A stretch of DNA of 41,256 nucleotides from a bacterium (GTDB lineage: Bacteria; Bacillota; Clostridia; Christensenellales; Aristaeellaceae), in contig CAVJHY010000001.1 in the NCBI GenBank assembly GCA_963649405.1, forward strand, positions 1-41,256. The letters run 5' to 3'. Within the stretch, counting starts at the first letter, position 1. Each line of letters begins with the position of its first letter. Position numbers and translations under genes: made by a program. This document shows positions 24,725 through 33,393 of the stretch, piece by piece. The notes below the pieces were generated by a model. It made no database searches. It was not told where the DNA came from and saw only the letters and a program-made list of their open reading frames with translations.

Positions 24725-26245
24725 ATGGCACAGGTCAAGGTGGCCATTGTGGAGGATAACCCCATTACCGTTCGTTCATTATGTCAAACCATTGACTGGG
24801 CAAGTCTTGGCTGCGTGGTGGTGGGGACGGCTTCGGACGGCGAAAGCGGGCGAGAACTGCTTTTGCAGAAGCGTCCTGATATTCTGCTCACCGACATTCG
24901 TATGCCCAAGCTGGACGGCTTGGAAATGCTGGAGGCCGTGCGTCCCACGCTGCCCGATATGAAGGCCATCATCATCACCGGCTATGATCAGTTTCAATAT
25001 GCCAGCCGTGCCATCAAGCTCGCCGTGTTTGACTATATCCTGAAGCCCATTCAGAATGAAGAGGTTATCAAAGCGGTCAATCGGGCGATTGATTTGATGC
25101 AGCGTCAAATGGCCGCCGATGTCGCCATGACGCAGGTGGACAAGCTACGCATGAAGGCGCAGATTTTGTCCCTGCTCACCAACGATTCCCGCGTAGGTCA
25201 AAATGTCAACCAGTCCTTGGAAGATACAGGGCTTTGGAGTCCTGCCTATTATCTGATGATTATTCAGCCGGAGGAGCCGGGCGCGATTCCGCTGTCTACC
25301 CTGAATGGCATGGATGATTTGCTGGCGGGCTGCCAGATGCGAGCGCTGTCCGTTGTGCTGTATGATTCCTTGGTCGTGTATGTCATGCGCGAAAACACGG
25401 GCGATGGCTGGCGCGATGAGGTGGAGCGCGTCTGCCAGCGCATTGAGCGGACGCTGCCCGCCAAGGTGCGTATCGGCATCAGCTCTTTGGCGACTTCTCA
25501 TCACCAGATTCGGCAGACCTACCATCAGGCGCGGCAGGCACTTTGGGAAAGCGCCATGAGCCATATCAGCGGCACATGCGTCTATTATCATGCGGAAAAT
25601 ACCGAGAATGACGGGCTGATGACCGAGGTACGCCGCAAGATTGAAGAGCTGATTGAAAAGGCCGAGCTGACGGATGAAAGCGCTCACGAGGCGGCGCAGG
25701 TGATTACCGAAATCAGCGGGCAGCAGTACAGCCAGCTCCGCTCTCTTGTGTCGCTGTATTCGCTCATGCTGTTCCGCAAGTTTCCCTGCACCATGACCGC
25801 CGATATTGACAGAGCCATGAGCGCTCCGTGGTTTGTGACGGGACGGGAGGAAGTCGAAAAGTGCCTGAAAAGTTTGCATAAGGCGCTCAGCGAGGGCAAT
25901 GACGCATCGGAAAACAAATGCTCCCTGCTCACCCGCAATGTGCTGGAATACATCCGTCTGCATGGCGCGGAAAAGTTAGAGCTGAATGACATCGCCGATA
26001 TGTACCATGTCAGCGTGAACTATTTATCTGCGCTCATCCGCAAGGAAACTGGCATCACCTTCCGCGAGCATTTGCAGAACGCGAAAATGGAAATTGCGCA
26101 TACCATGCTGGCTGACCCGCGTATTTTGGTTGAGGAGGTCGGCAGCGCCATCGGGTACAGCAATTATATTTCCTTCTATAACGCCTTCAAACGGGCGGAG
26201 CATATGACACCGACAGAATACCGAAACAAATTAGCAAGAAGCTAA
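24725..26245 (+). CDS. Two-component response regulator with AraC-type HTH output (YesN-like)
   Basis: The receiver domain (VAIVEDNP...LLTDIRMPKLDG...K) and a C-terminal AraC HTH (YHVSVNYLSALIRKETGITFREHL). I place the start at ATG 24725 (MAQVKV), 5 nt after GAGGGA. Confidence 0.9.
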   Translation: MAQVKVAIVEDNPITVRSLCQTIDWASLGCVVVGTASDGESGRELLLQKRPDILLTDIRMPKLDGLEMLEAVRPTLPDMKAIIITGYDQFQYASRAIKLAVFDYILKPIQNEEVIKAVNRAIDLMQRQMAADVAMTQVDKLRMKAQILSLLTNDSRVGQNVNQSLEDTGLWSPAYYLMIIQPEEPGAIPLSTLNGMDDLLAGCQMRALSVVLYDSLVVYVMRENTGDGWRDEVERVCQRIERTLPAKVRIGISSLATSHHQIRQTYHQARQALWESAMSHISGTCVYYHAENTENDGLMTEVRRKIEELIEKAELTDESAHEAAQVITEISGQQYSQLRSLVSLYSLMLFRKFPCTMTADIDRAMSAPWFVTGREEVEKCLKSLHKALSEGNDASENKCSLLTRNVLEYIRLHGAEKLELNDIADMYHVSVNYLSALIRKETGITFREHLQNAKMEIAHTMLADPRILVEEVGSAIGYSNYISFYNAFKRAEHMTPTEYRNKLARS

Positions 26246-26261
26246 CCGATATACGCAATTT

Positions 26262-26290
26262 ATCCGGCCTAAGCGCCGGATTTTTGTTTG
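26262..26290 (+). terminator. Rho-independent terminator after the response-regulator gene
   Basis: ATCCGGC-CTAAGC-GCCGGAT followed by TTTTGTTTG. Confidence 0.8.
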
Positions 26291-26301
26291 ATACGCTTTG
26301 A

Positions 26302-26442
26302 CAGCTAAAACATAAGCAAGATTCAGGATGAATTTTGCGCTTCCGGCAAAGCTGAGTAAAGGAGGCGTAGTCGCTGCCTATGCCGACTGGTGCGAAGCAA
26401 AGCCGGAGCGGAAAAGTCGCCGAAGATGCTATGTTTTAGCTG
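26302..26442. other. ~140-nt element closed by a 15-bp helix; candidate structured RNA or miniature inverted-repeat element
   Basis: CAGCTAAAACATA(A)GC (26302-26317) is complementary to GCTATGTTTTAGCTG (26428-26442). There is a nested helix 26338-26347 / 26402-26410 (GCGCT(T)CCGGC / GCCGGAGCG) and an inner AGTCG/CGACT helix. Confidence 0.5.
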
Positions 26443-26489
26443 GAAAAGAGTATTATACGGAGCAAATTGACCTATATTGTACATACCAA

Positions 26490-26567
26490 TATATGATTTT
26501 AGCGAAAAATCCAGTAAAATCAATAAACGAATTAAGAAATTTGATGTATATATATTTGGCGAAAATC
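26490..26567 (+). promoter_or_regulatory. Pair of ~20-nt direct repeats upstream of the ABC operon; candidate binding sites for the AraC-type regulator
   Basis: TATATGATTTTAGCGAAAAATC (26490-26511) and TATATATTTGGCGAAAATC (26549-26567). A -10-like CATAAT at 26572-26577 has no recognisable -35, which suggests activator dependence. Confidence 0.4.
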
Positions 26568-26675
26568 ATGCCATAATAATGACAACAGCAGACGCGATAC
26601 GCTGTCTGTAAACTTAACATCAGCGTTATAAGAACGCTGACGAAAATTTGGGCAAAGCCCAAGGAGGACTATAGC

Positions 26676-27986
26676 ATGAAGAAAATGCTGGCTCTGTTCT
26701 TAGCACTGATCATGGTAGCCGCCATGATTCCCGCTTCCTTCGCGGAAGAGACCATCAAGATCACCGTGTTCCATTACATGGTGGAAGGTCAGAAAGCTGA
26801 CGCGATGGAAGAAATCGAAAAGATGTTCGTTGCTGCGCATCCCGAAGTCAACATCGAATTCACCAACCTCGCTTATTCCCAGGGCACTGACTACTGGCCG
26901 CAGCTCGAAACCGCTATCGCTGCCGGTGACAACCCTGAGCTGATCATGGGCAACCCCGGTCTGTATGACACCCTCATCAACGAAGGCTACATCATGGACC
27001 TGACCGGCAACGAGCTGATTAAGTCCTTGGGTCTGACCGACGGCGACATGGGCGATGTGTCCTACAACGGCAAGTGGTATGCGTACCCCGTTGACTTCAA
27101 GTCCTGGGGCGTGTTCTACAATGTGAAGATGTTTGAAGAGCTGGGCATCGAAGTGCCCACCACCAAGACCGAGCTGCTGGCTGCTGCTCAGAAGCTGCAG
27201 GACAACGGCATCACCCCGTGGGCTCAGTGGTATGCTGACGGTGCTTCCGTTGACATCGAAATGCGCCCCATCGTTTGGACCGAAGCACTGGCCAACGGCG
27301 ACAACGATATGTTTGAGAAGCTGATGAGCGGCGAAAAGAAGGTCACTGATTATTCTTACTTTGCCAAGGCTCTGGAGCTGTGGGCTGAGCGCATGGGCCA
27401 GGGCAAGGGCTGGGCTGCTGCGAACGCCACCTCCAACAAGCAGACCGATGCGAACGAAATGTTCGTCTCCGGCCAGGCTGGTATGCTGTATCAGGGCACT
27501 TGGAACATCGGCTCCATCGAGCAGGTGAAGTCCGATGACTTCGAGTATGGCTTCTTCCTCTGCCCGACCGATGATTCCGGCGAAACCCCTGTTCTGAATG
27601 TTCAGGTTGACCAGGCTTTCATGGTGAACGACAAGGCCGAAAACAAGGAATGGGCTGTGAAGTTCATGGAATACTGGTTGTCTGAGTGCATGGGCTACTG
27701 GTCTGACGCTACCTTCCAGCCCTGCATCACCGGCGCGACCACCGAAAACACTCCCGCTCTGCTGCAGAATCTGCTGTCTGCCAAGGCTTCCGGCAACACC
27801 GCTTGCTACGGCGACTTCACGATGCCCTTCTCCTCCGGCTTCACCAGCGCCTATCGTAAGGCTCTGTATGCTTGGTCAGTGTACTGCTGCACCGGCGAAA
27901 CCTCCGAGGGTGTCAACTCTGTCGATACTTGCCTGAGCTACATGCAGGAGCTGTTCGACGAAGAAATCGCCAAGAACGCGCTGTAA
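26676..27986 (+). CDS. ABC transporter extracellular solute-binding protein (family 1, CUT1 sugar type)
   Basis: Signal peptide MKKMLALFLALIMVAAMIPASFA/EE (no lipobox Cys). A 436-aa MalE-like sequence. SD AAGGAGG lies 8 nt upstream. Confidence 0.9.
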   Translation: MKKMLALFLALIMVAAMIPASFAEETIKITVFHYMVEGQKADAMEEIEKMFVAAHPEVNIEFTNLAYSQGTDYWPQLETAIAAGDNPELIMGNPGLYDTLINEGYIMDLTGNELIKSLGLTDGDMGDVSYNGKWYAYPVDFKSWGVFYNVKMFEELGIEVPTTKTELLAAAQKLQDNGITPWAQWYADGASVDIEMRPIVWTEALANGDNDMFEKLMSGEKKVTDYSYFAKALELWAERMGQGKGWAAANATSNKQTDANEMFVSGQAGMLYQGTWNIGSIEQVKSDDFEYGFFLCPTDDSGETPVLNVQVDQAFMVNDKAENKEWAVKFMEYWLSECMGYWSDATFQPCITGATTENTPALLQNLLSAKASGNTACYGDFTMPFSSGFTSAYRKALYAWSVYCCTGETSEGVNSVDTCLSYMQELFDEEIAKNAL

Positions 27987-28025
27987 TTTACGCGAATGGT
28001 AGACCCTTTGTCTGAATAAACCAAG

Positions 28026-28062
28026 GACGGCGGGCTGTCCGTTGGATAGCCCGCCGTCTTTA
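28026..28062 (+). terminator. Intra-operon hairpin after the binding-protein gene (partial terminator / mRNA stabiliser)
   Basis: GACGGCGGGCT-11 nt loop-AGCCCGCCGTC followed by TTTAT. Confidence 0.6.
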
Positions 28063-28102
28063 TACCCAAAGCGAAACCTATTTAATATGGAGTGTGGCCA
28101 AG

Positions 28103-29023
28103 ATGACAGCCAAAATTATCAACCCAAGGAAGCCTGTCAAACTGAATACGAAGCTGCATTTGGGCAACTTTCTGTTCTTACTCCCGACTCTTATTTTGTT
28201 CACCGTCGTTGTCTTGGTGCCCTTTTTTCAAGGAATTCCCTATTCCTTCATGCGCTGGAAGGAAATCATCACCGACCCGACCCCCTATTTCACTTCGGAA
28301 AATACCCTCTGGGAAAAAATTACCCTGTCCTTTAAGTCCTATAAATTCATTCTGAGCAACAAGCAGTTTCTTCGCTCTCTGGGCGTGACCTTCCACTTTA
28401 CCGGCCTGTATCTGCTTTTCTCCAATGTGGCTGGTTTTGGACTGGCATTGCTCATCAAGAAAGGCACGAAGTTTAATAACTTCTCCCGTACCGTGTTCTT
28501 CCTGCCGTTTACGACTTCCGTCACCGCAGGCGCTATCATTTGGGCTTACCTGTTTAGTGATATCTATGCACCGATCTTTGGCGTGGTCAGCCCGCTGTAT
28601 ACCGCAGACACCACCGTGCTGTCGATGGCTATCATGGCGTCATGGCGCGACATGGGCTACACCATGCTCATCTATATTGCCGCCCTGCAAACCATTTCTC
28701 AGGATTATTATGAGGCTGCCTCCGTGGAGGGCGCAAACCGCTGGCAGCAGTTTATTCACATCACCATCCCCATGATTGTCCCCGCCTTCACAACCAACAT
28801 CACCCTGATTCTTGCTTGGGGCTTGCGCACCTTTGACCTGCCGGCCGTCGTTTCTTCGACCCGCCCCGAAGGTCAGACCACAGCTTATTACATCTACAAC
28901 CAGATTTTCCAAGCGAAGGGCGCTTCCGTTGGTCAGGCTGCGGCCATCATTCTGACCATTATCCTGATTATCTTGACGCAGATTGTCACGCGGGTGCTGC
29001 GCCGTTTGGAGGTGGAAGCATGA
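28103..29023 (+). CDS. Sugar ABC transporter permease (MalF-like)
   Basis: A multi-TM protein with the EAA-loop motif YEAASVEGANRWQQFIHITIPM. I place the start at ATG 28103, 10 nt after GGAG. The ORF-track GTG at 28094 has no spacing to the SD. Confidence 0.9.
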   Translation: MTAKIINPRKPVKLNTKLHLGNFLFLLPTLILFTVVVLVPFFQGIPYSFMRWKEIITDPTPYFTSENTLWEKITLSFKSYKFILSNKQFLRSLGVTFHFTGLYLLFSNVAGFGLALLIKKGTKFNNFSRTVFFLPFTTSVTAGAIIWAYLFSDIYAPIFGVVSPLYTADTTVLSMAIMASWRDMGYTMLIYIAALQTISQDYYEAASVEGANRWQQFIHITIPMIVPAFTTNITLILAWGLRTFDLPAVVSSTRPEGQTTAYYIYNQIFQAKGASVGQAAAIILTIILIILTQIVTRVLRRLEVEA

Positions 29024-29898
29024 CACAGATTCCGAAGATTCGCGCCTATAACCCGAATTCCAAAATGCATCAACAGAAAGTTTTCGCCGAGGTGTTGCGC
29101 ATTCTGTTGGTCAGCATCCTGCTGATTTTGGTTATCCTGCCGTTCTATGTCGCTATCCTGTACGCCTTTAAACCGGTCAACGAAATCAGCGTGAATCGCT
29201 TGGCGTTCACCTCGAACCCGACTTGGGAAAACTTCCGTTCGGTTATTTTCGACAACAAGTCCTTCTTGACGGGCTATAAGAACAGCCTTATCAACACCAT
29301 CCCGACCGTCATTCTGCTGATGGCGTGTACCTCGATGGCTGCGTGGGTGCTGGCGCGTAACTCCACGAAAACTTACAATTTCATTTACCTCGTCCTGTCC
29401 TTGGGTCTGCTGATTCCCTTCCAGTGCTATGAGCTGCCGCTGTTCATCAACTGGCGTAACTGGAATTTGGATTCCACCAACATCGGCTTCATCATCGCCA
29501 GAGCCGGCTTGCAGATTTCCATCAGCATGGTCGCCGTGACGGGCTTCGTCAAGACCGTGCCGCGTGAGCTGGAACAGGCGGCAGGCATTGACGGCTGCAA
29601 CCGTTTCCAGACCTTCTGGAAGGTCGTGTTCCCGCTGATGACCCCCATCAATGTGACCCAGCTCGTGTTGAACACTCTGTTCATTTGGAACGACTATTCG
29701 ACCTCCGTCATCCTGCTGCGCGATGTCGATTCCTACACCCTGACGCTGGCGCAGATTCGCTACTTCAACGGCAAAACCACCGAGCTGAATCCGGCGTTCG
29801 CCTTCTTCATTATGTCCATGATCCCGATTTTGATTTTGTATCTGGCTTGCCAGAAATACATCATCAGCGGAATCACCGCAGGCGCTGTGAAGGGCTGA
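29020..29898 (+). CDS. Sugar ABC transporter permease (MalG-like)
   Basis: ATGA overlap with the upstream permease. EAA loop LEQAAGIDGCNRFQTFWKVVFPLM. Confidence 0.9.
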   Translation: MTQIPKIRAYNPNSKMHQQKVFAEVLRILLVSILLILVILPFYVAILYAFKPVNEISVNRLAFTSNPTWENFRSVIFDNKSFLTGYKNSLINTIPTVILLMACTSMAAWVLARNSTKTYNFIYLVLSLGLLIPFQCYELPLFINWRNWNLDSTNIGFIIARAGLQISISMVAVTGFVKTVPRELEQAAGIDGCNRFQTFWKVVFPLMTPINVTQLVLNTLFIWNDYSTSVILLRDVDSYTLTLAQIRYFNGKTTELNPAFAFFIMSMIPILILYLACQKYIISGITAGAVKG

Positions 29899-29997
29899 CA
29901 ACTTATCAAAACATTGGATGGCCGCGCATTTGCGCGGTCATTCTTGCATTATGATGAAATATCGGCTAAAATAGATATGGCAGGAGGCGATATACAG

Positions 29998-31812
29998 ATG
30001 AAGGCGTTCCGTGATTTTTCCTACCGCAGAAAGCTGCTGGTAACTTACCTTGGCATTGTGGTCAGCGTCGTTGTGGCCATTTCCGGTTTGATGACCATGA
30101 CCGCCAGCCAACAGGCGACATCCAGCAACATCGCCAATTTGCAGCTTCTGACCGAGCAGACGCTGATTAACTTCATCACGAAGACAGAAAATATCCGTCA
30201 ACATGTGTACACGACCTCCGTCAGTACGGGCATGGTGGAGCAGGTGCAGAAAATGCGCAGTTTGGATACACTCGGCAATGCCTATTTACAGGCGAAGCAG
30301 GAGCTGATTGTGGCGCTGAGCAAGATGATTGATACTTCAGCCCTGTATGACTATGTGACCGTGCGGGTGGACGGCGGTGAGTGCGTCAGCAACCAGTTTT
30401 ACAGCGCCATGAATACCGATAACGCGCAGTATTATCAGCGAGTGCAGAAGGCTGCGGAGGAGCTGTTGAACGATGAGCAGTACGCCGCTAACCATTACGG
30501 CGCGAGCCGCTGGGTGCGAACATCCGATAACGATTTGTTCCTTCTGCGCGATGTCTATACAACAGACCCTCTGCGCCATGTCGGGCGCATCGCTGTGCAT
30601 ATCCCCGAATCCAACATGGTCACACTGGATGAGGAGAACGCGGAAGTACAGTATACGCTTCTTTTCTACGACAGCGATGACAAGCTGATTACCTTGGCGG
30701 GGCAGCAGTGCAATCCGGCGGAATGGGCAAGTGTTTCGCCCTCAACCATCGAAAACGGCATGGTGACGACGGACAGCGGGCGTTACATCGTCAGCCAGAA
30801 TGAGCGCAGCGGCTGGAAGGCTGTCGGGCTGCTCCCGACAGTGGTAGCCAACGAGGTGCAGATTTCCGTCCTGCGCAGCAGTATGCTGGTGGCGCTGGTC
30901 GGCCTCATCGTGGGCGCACTGATGGCGGTCGGCATCAGCTCCCAGATGTCGCAGCAGATTCGTCAGCTCGTCAGCTCCATGAACAGGGTGGAGGCGGGTG
31001 AGCTGGACATTGAGCTGCCCGTGGAGAGTCATGACGAAATCGGGCTGTTGACCAGCCATTTCAACAGCATGACCAAGAAAATCCGCCAGCTCATTCAGCG
31101 TCTCGTCACCGAGGAAACGAACAAGCGGCAGGCGGAATATCAAAATATGGAGTATGAATACCGCTTCTTGCAATGGCAGATTAACCCGCATTTTATTTAT
31201 AACGCCTTGGAAACCGTGAATGCGCTCGCCAAGCTGGACGGAAATGACGAGCTGTGCCGGATGATTGTTCTCTTGTCTGCGTATTTTCGCCAGAACGCCG
31301 AGACCATGCGCAAGCGCTTCAGCACCGTGCGGCAGGAATTTCACAGCTTGGAGCAGTACGCAGAAATCTACCACCACATCTACATTTATAATGATACCTT
31401 GGATGTGCCGTTCACCTACAGCCAGACGGCGGAAAATGCAGTTCTGCCGACCATGCTGATTCAGCCGCTCCTGGAAAATGCGCTCATCCACGGCTCGAAC
31501 GCCGAGGGGCATTCCGTGGTGAAGATTGATGCTTCCACCGAGGCACAGACGCTTATTATCCGCATTGAGGACAATGGCATAGGTATGGACGAGGCGGCGA
31601 TTGAACGCCTGTTCACTCCGCCGGAGGGCAAGCCCAAGACCCATGAGGAACGTACTTCTTTAGGCGTGCATAATGTCCTTGACCGTATGCAGCTCATCTA
31701 TGGCAGCGCCGCCACCCTGCACATCACCAGCGAACGCGATAAAGGCACCTGCGTGGAAATGCGCCTTCCGCTCATGTATTCAGAGCCAAGCGAGCCGCTG
31801 AAAAAGACGTGA
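29998..31812 (+). CDS. Sensor histidine kinase, YesM-like (two TM, HAMP, His_kinase, HATPase_c)
   Basis: TM segments flank a ~270-aa extracytoplasmic domain. HAMP region, H-box region QINPHFIYNALE, and ATPase DNGIGMD. I place the start at ATG 29998 after GGAGG. Confidence 0.9.
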   Translation: MKAFRDFSYRRKLLVTYLGIVVSVVVAISGLMTMTASQQATSSNIANLQLLTEQTLINFITKTENIRQHVYTTSVSTGMVEQVQKMRSLDTLGNAYLQAKQELIVALSKMIDTSALYDYVTVRVDGGECVSNQFYSAMNTDNAQYYQRVQKAAEELLNDEQYAANHYGASRWVRTSDNDLFLLRDVYTTDPLRHVGRIAVHIPESNMVTLDEENAEVQYTLLFYDSDDKLITLAGQQCNPAEWASVSPSTIENGMVTTDSGRYIVSQNERSGWKAVGLLPTVVANEVQISVLRSSMLVALVGLIVGALMAVGISSQMSQQIRQLVSSMNRVEAGELDIELPVESHDEIGLLTSHFNSMTKKIRQLIQRLVTEETNKRQAEYQNMEYEYRFLQWQINPHFIYNALETVNALAKLDGNDELCRMIVLLSAYFRQNAETMRKRFSTVRQEFHSLEQYAEIYHHIYIYNDTLDVPFTYSQTAENAVLPTMLIQPLLENALIHGSNAEGHSVVKIDASTEAQTLIIRIEDNGIGMDEAAIERLFTPPEGKPKTHEERTSLGVHNVLDRMQLIYGSAATLHITSERDKGTCVEMRLPLMYSEPSEPLKKT

Positions 31813-31842
31813 GGCTTTCATGACATTTCCTTGATTTAGTGC

Positions 31843-31871
31843 TTGCATTTCTATCTTATTCATGGTATAAT
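31843..31871 (+). promoter_or_regulatory. Sigma-A-type promoter of rpmE
   Basis: TTGCAT (31843-31848), 17 nt, TATAAT (31866-31871). Confidence 0.7.
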
Positions 31872-31940
31872 TCTCCTTGCGGCTCATAGAGTGCCAGTTT
31901 ATGAATCCGCGACCGTTACCAACAAAAGAGGTGAAATGGC

Positions 31941-32138
31941 ATGAAGGAAAAGATCCATCCCAAGTACGGTAAGTGCATCGTTCGCTGCGTGTGTGGTGAA
32001 ACGTTCGAAACCGGTTCTACCAAGCCGGAGCTGCGCGTTGAAATCTGCTCAAAGTGTCACCCCTTCTTCACCGGCAAGCAGAAGCTGGTGGACAGCGGCG
32101 GCCGCGTCGATCGCTTCAAGAAGCGTTTCGGCCTGTAA
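31941..32138 (+). CDS. rpmE: 50S ribosomal protein L31 (Zn-ribbon, Cys-containing form)
   Basis: MKEKIHPKY...[12 protein letters not shown]...[12 protein letters not shown]...RFKKRF is an unmistakable L31 sequence. Confidence 0.97.
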   Translation: MKEKIHPKYGKCIVRCVCGETFETGSTKPELRVEICSKCHPFFTGKQKLVDSGGRVDRFKKRFGL

Positions 32139-32146
32139 GTACGCAT

Positions 32147-32188
32147 AAAAAGAAGCCGGCTTATCTTGCTGTGCTTCTTTTTGTTTTT
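32147..32188 (+). terminator. Rho-independent terminator after rpmE
   Basis: AAAAAGAAGCCGGC-TTATCTT-GCTG(T)GCTTCTTTTT followed by GTTTTT. Confidence 0.8.
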
Positions 32189-32322
32189 AGCGGGATTTGA
32201 GGGCGTTCGTGTCATCTTGTTTGTGTGATGCAGATTCGACTTTTTCGATGCTTTCAGTCATCATGCCGTTATGATACTTGAGCAACGCAGTCTTTCCTGC
32301 CTTCCCAATTTTAATGAATCTA

Positions 32323-32345
32323 ACTATCCACTAATCACTGTCCAC
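32323..32345 (+). repeat. Second copy of the TATCCAC-type heptamer array (TATCCAC TAATCAC TGTCCAC)
   Basis: Positions 32323-32340 are identical over 18 nt to 1563-1580. The array ends 5 nt before the SD of the DUF1385 gene. Confidence 0.85.
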
Positions 32346-32361
32346 TAAAAAGGAGTACGCC

Positions 32362-33393
32362 TTGAGTAATAAAGAAAGCAACACCGCCCAACGGCCCGTT
32401 GACATCGGCGGGCAGGCCGTCTTAGAGGGCGTGATGATGAAAGGTCCGAAGGCCATTGCCATCGCCGTCCGCCGCGAGAACGGGGATATTGTCATCAAGC
32501 GCGACGAATATGAGCCGATTTCCAAGAAGCATCCGTGGATGGGCAAGCCCTTCATCCGCGGCGCGGTGAATTTTGTCACCATGCTCACGATGGGCATGAA
32601 CACCTTGGAAGCCTCCGCGAATATGGCGGGTGTCGCCGAGGAAGAGCCGTCCAAGTTTGAAAAATGGCTGGCCGAAAAGCTGGGCAAGGGCGTGGACAAA
32701 ATCGTGATGGGCGTGGCCATCGTGCTGGCTGTCGTGATGTCCGTTGGTCTGTTCGTTCTGCTGCCAAACATCCCGACGCGCTGGCTGACGGAAGCGGGCT
32801 GGTCGCCGTTGGCGGTCAACCTTTTGGCCGGTGTCATCCGCATCGCCATCTTGATTGCCTACATCGCCCTGTGCGGGCGCATTCCCGATATGCGCAGGAC
32901 GTTCCAGTACCACGGCTCGGAGCATAAAACGGTGTACTGCCATGAGCATAATCTGCCGCTGACTCCGAAGAACGCGCAGCAGTTTTCCACCCTGCATCCG
33001 CGCTGCGGCACGAGCTTTTTGCTGCTGACCTTTGTACTGTCCATCCTGCTGGCCTCCGTGGTCGATTACATTATCTTGGGGCTGACGAGCTATAACATCG
33101 CCGGAAATTATCTGGCGAAGGTGCTGCGTAGCATCCTGATGCTGCCCATCATCACGGGTGTCAGCTACGAAGCGCTCAAGGGCTTGGCGCACAACGATTC
33201 GACCATCTGCCGTATACTGCGCTGGCCGGGTCTCATGATGCAGAAATTGACCACCAAGCAGCCAACGGACGAGATGTGCGAGGTTGCCATTGCGTCCATG
33301 AACGCCGCACTGAACGGTCTGCCGGAGGGCGAGAAAACGCCGGAGGGCTGGGTCATCATTAAAAAGAAGACGGAAGCGGAGAGCGCACAATGA
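32362..33393 (+). CDS. DUF1385 family membrane protein (conserved rpmE-prmC neighbour)
   Basis: Hallmark N-terminus DIGGQAVLEGVMMKGP followed by TM segments. TTG start lies 6 nt after AGGAG. Confidence 0.8.
   Translation: MSNKESNTAQRPVDIGGQAVLEGVMMKGPKAIAIAVRRENGDIVIKRDEYEPISKKHPWMGKPFIRGAVNFVTMLTMGMNTLEASANMAGVAEEEPSKFEKWLAEKLGKGVDKIVMGVAIVLAVVMSVGLFVLLPNIPTRWLTEAGWSPLAVNLLAGVIRIAILIAYIALCGRIPDMRRTFQYHGSEHKTVYCHEHNLPLTPKNAQQFSTLHPRCGTSFLLLTFVLSILLASVVDYIILGLTSYNIAGNYLAKVLRSILMLPIITGVSYEALKGLAHNDSTICRILRWPGLMMQKLTTKQPTDEMCEVAIASMNAALNGLPEGEKTPEGWVIIKKKTEAESAQ

Noticed and set aside
26302-26442. Assigning the 140-nt stem-closed element to a known riboswitch class (TPP, cobalamin, c-di-AMP/ydaO, GEMM).
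   Set aside because: Only short chance-level resemblances were seen, such as CAGCTAA and CTGAG. None of the class-defining conserved cores could be found by eye. A covariance-model search is needed.
26328-26576. An 82-aa ORF in the regulator/ABC intergenic region. There is also a possible 19-aa peptide starting at ATG 26380, downstream of AGGAGG.
   Set aside because: The 82-aa ORF has no spaced SD and runs through AT-rich promoter-like DNA. The 19-aa ORF has a 14-nt SD spacing and lies inside the nested helices. An RNA or repeat interpretation fits better, though a leader peptide cannot be fully excluded.
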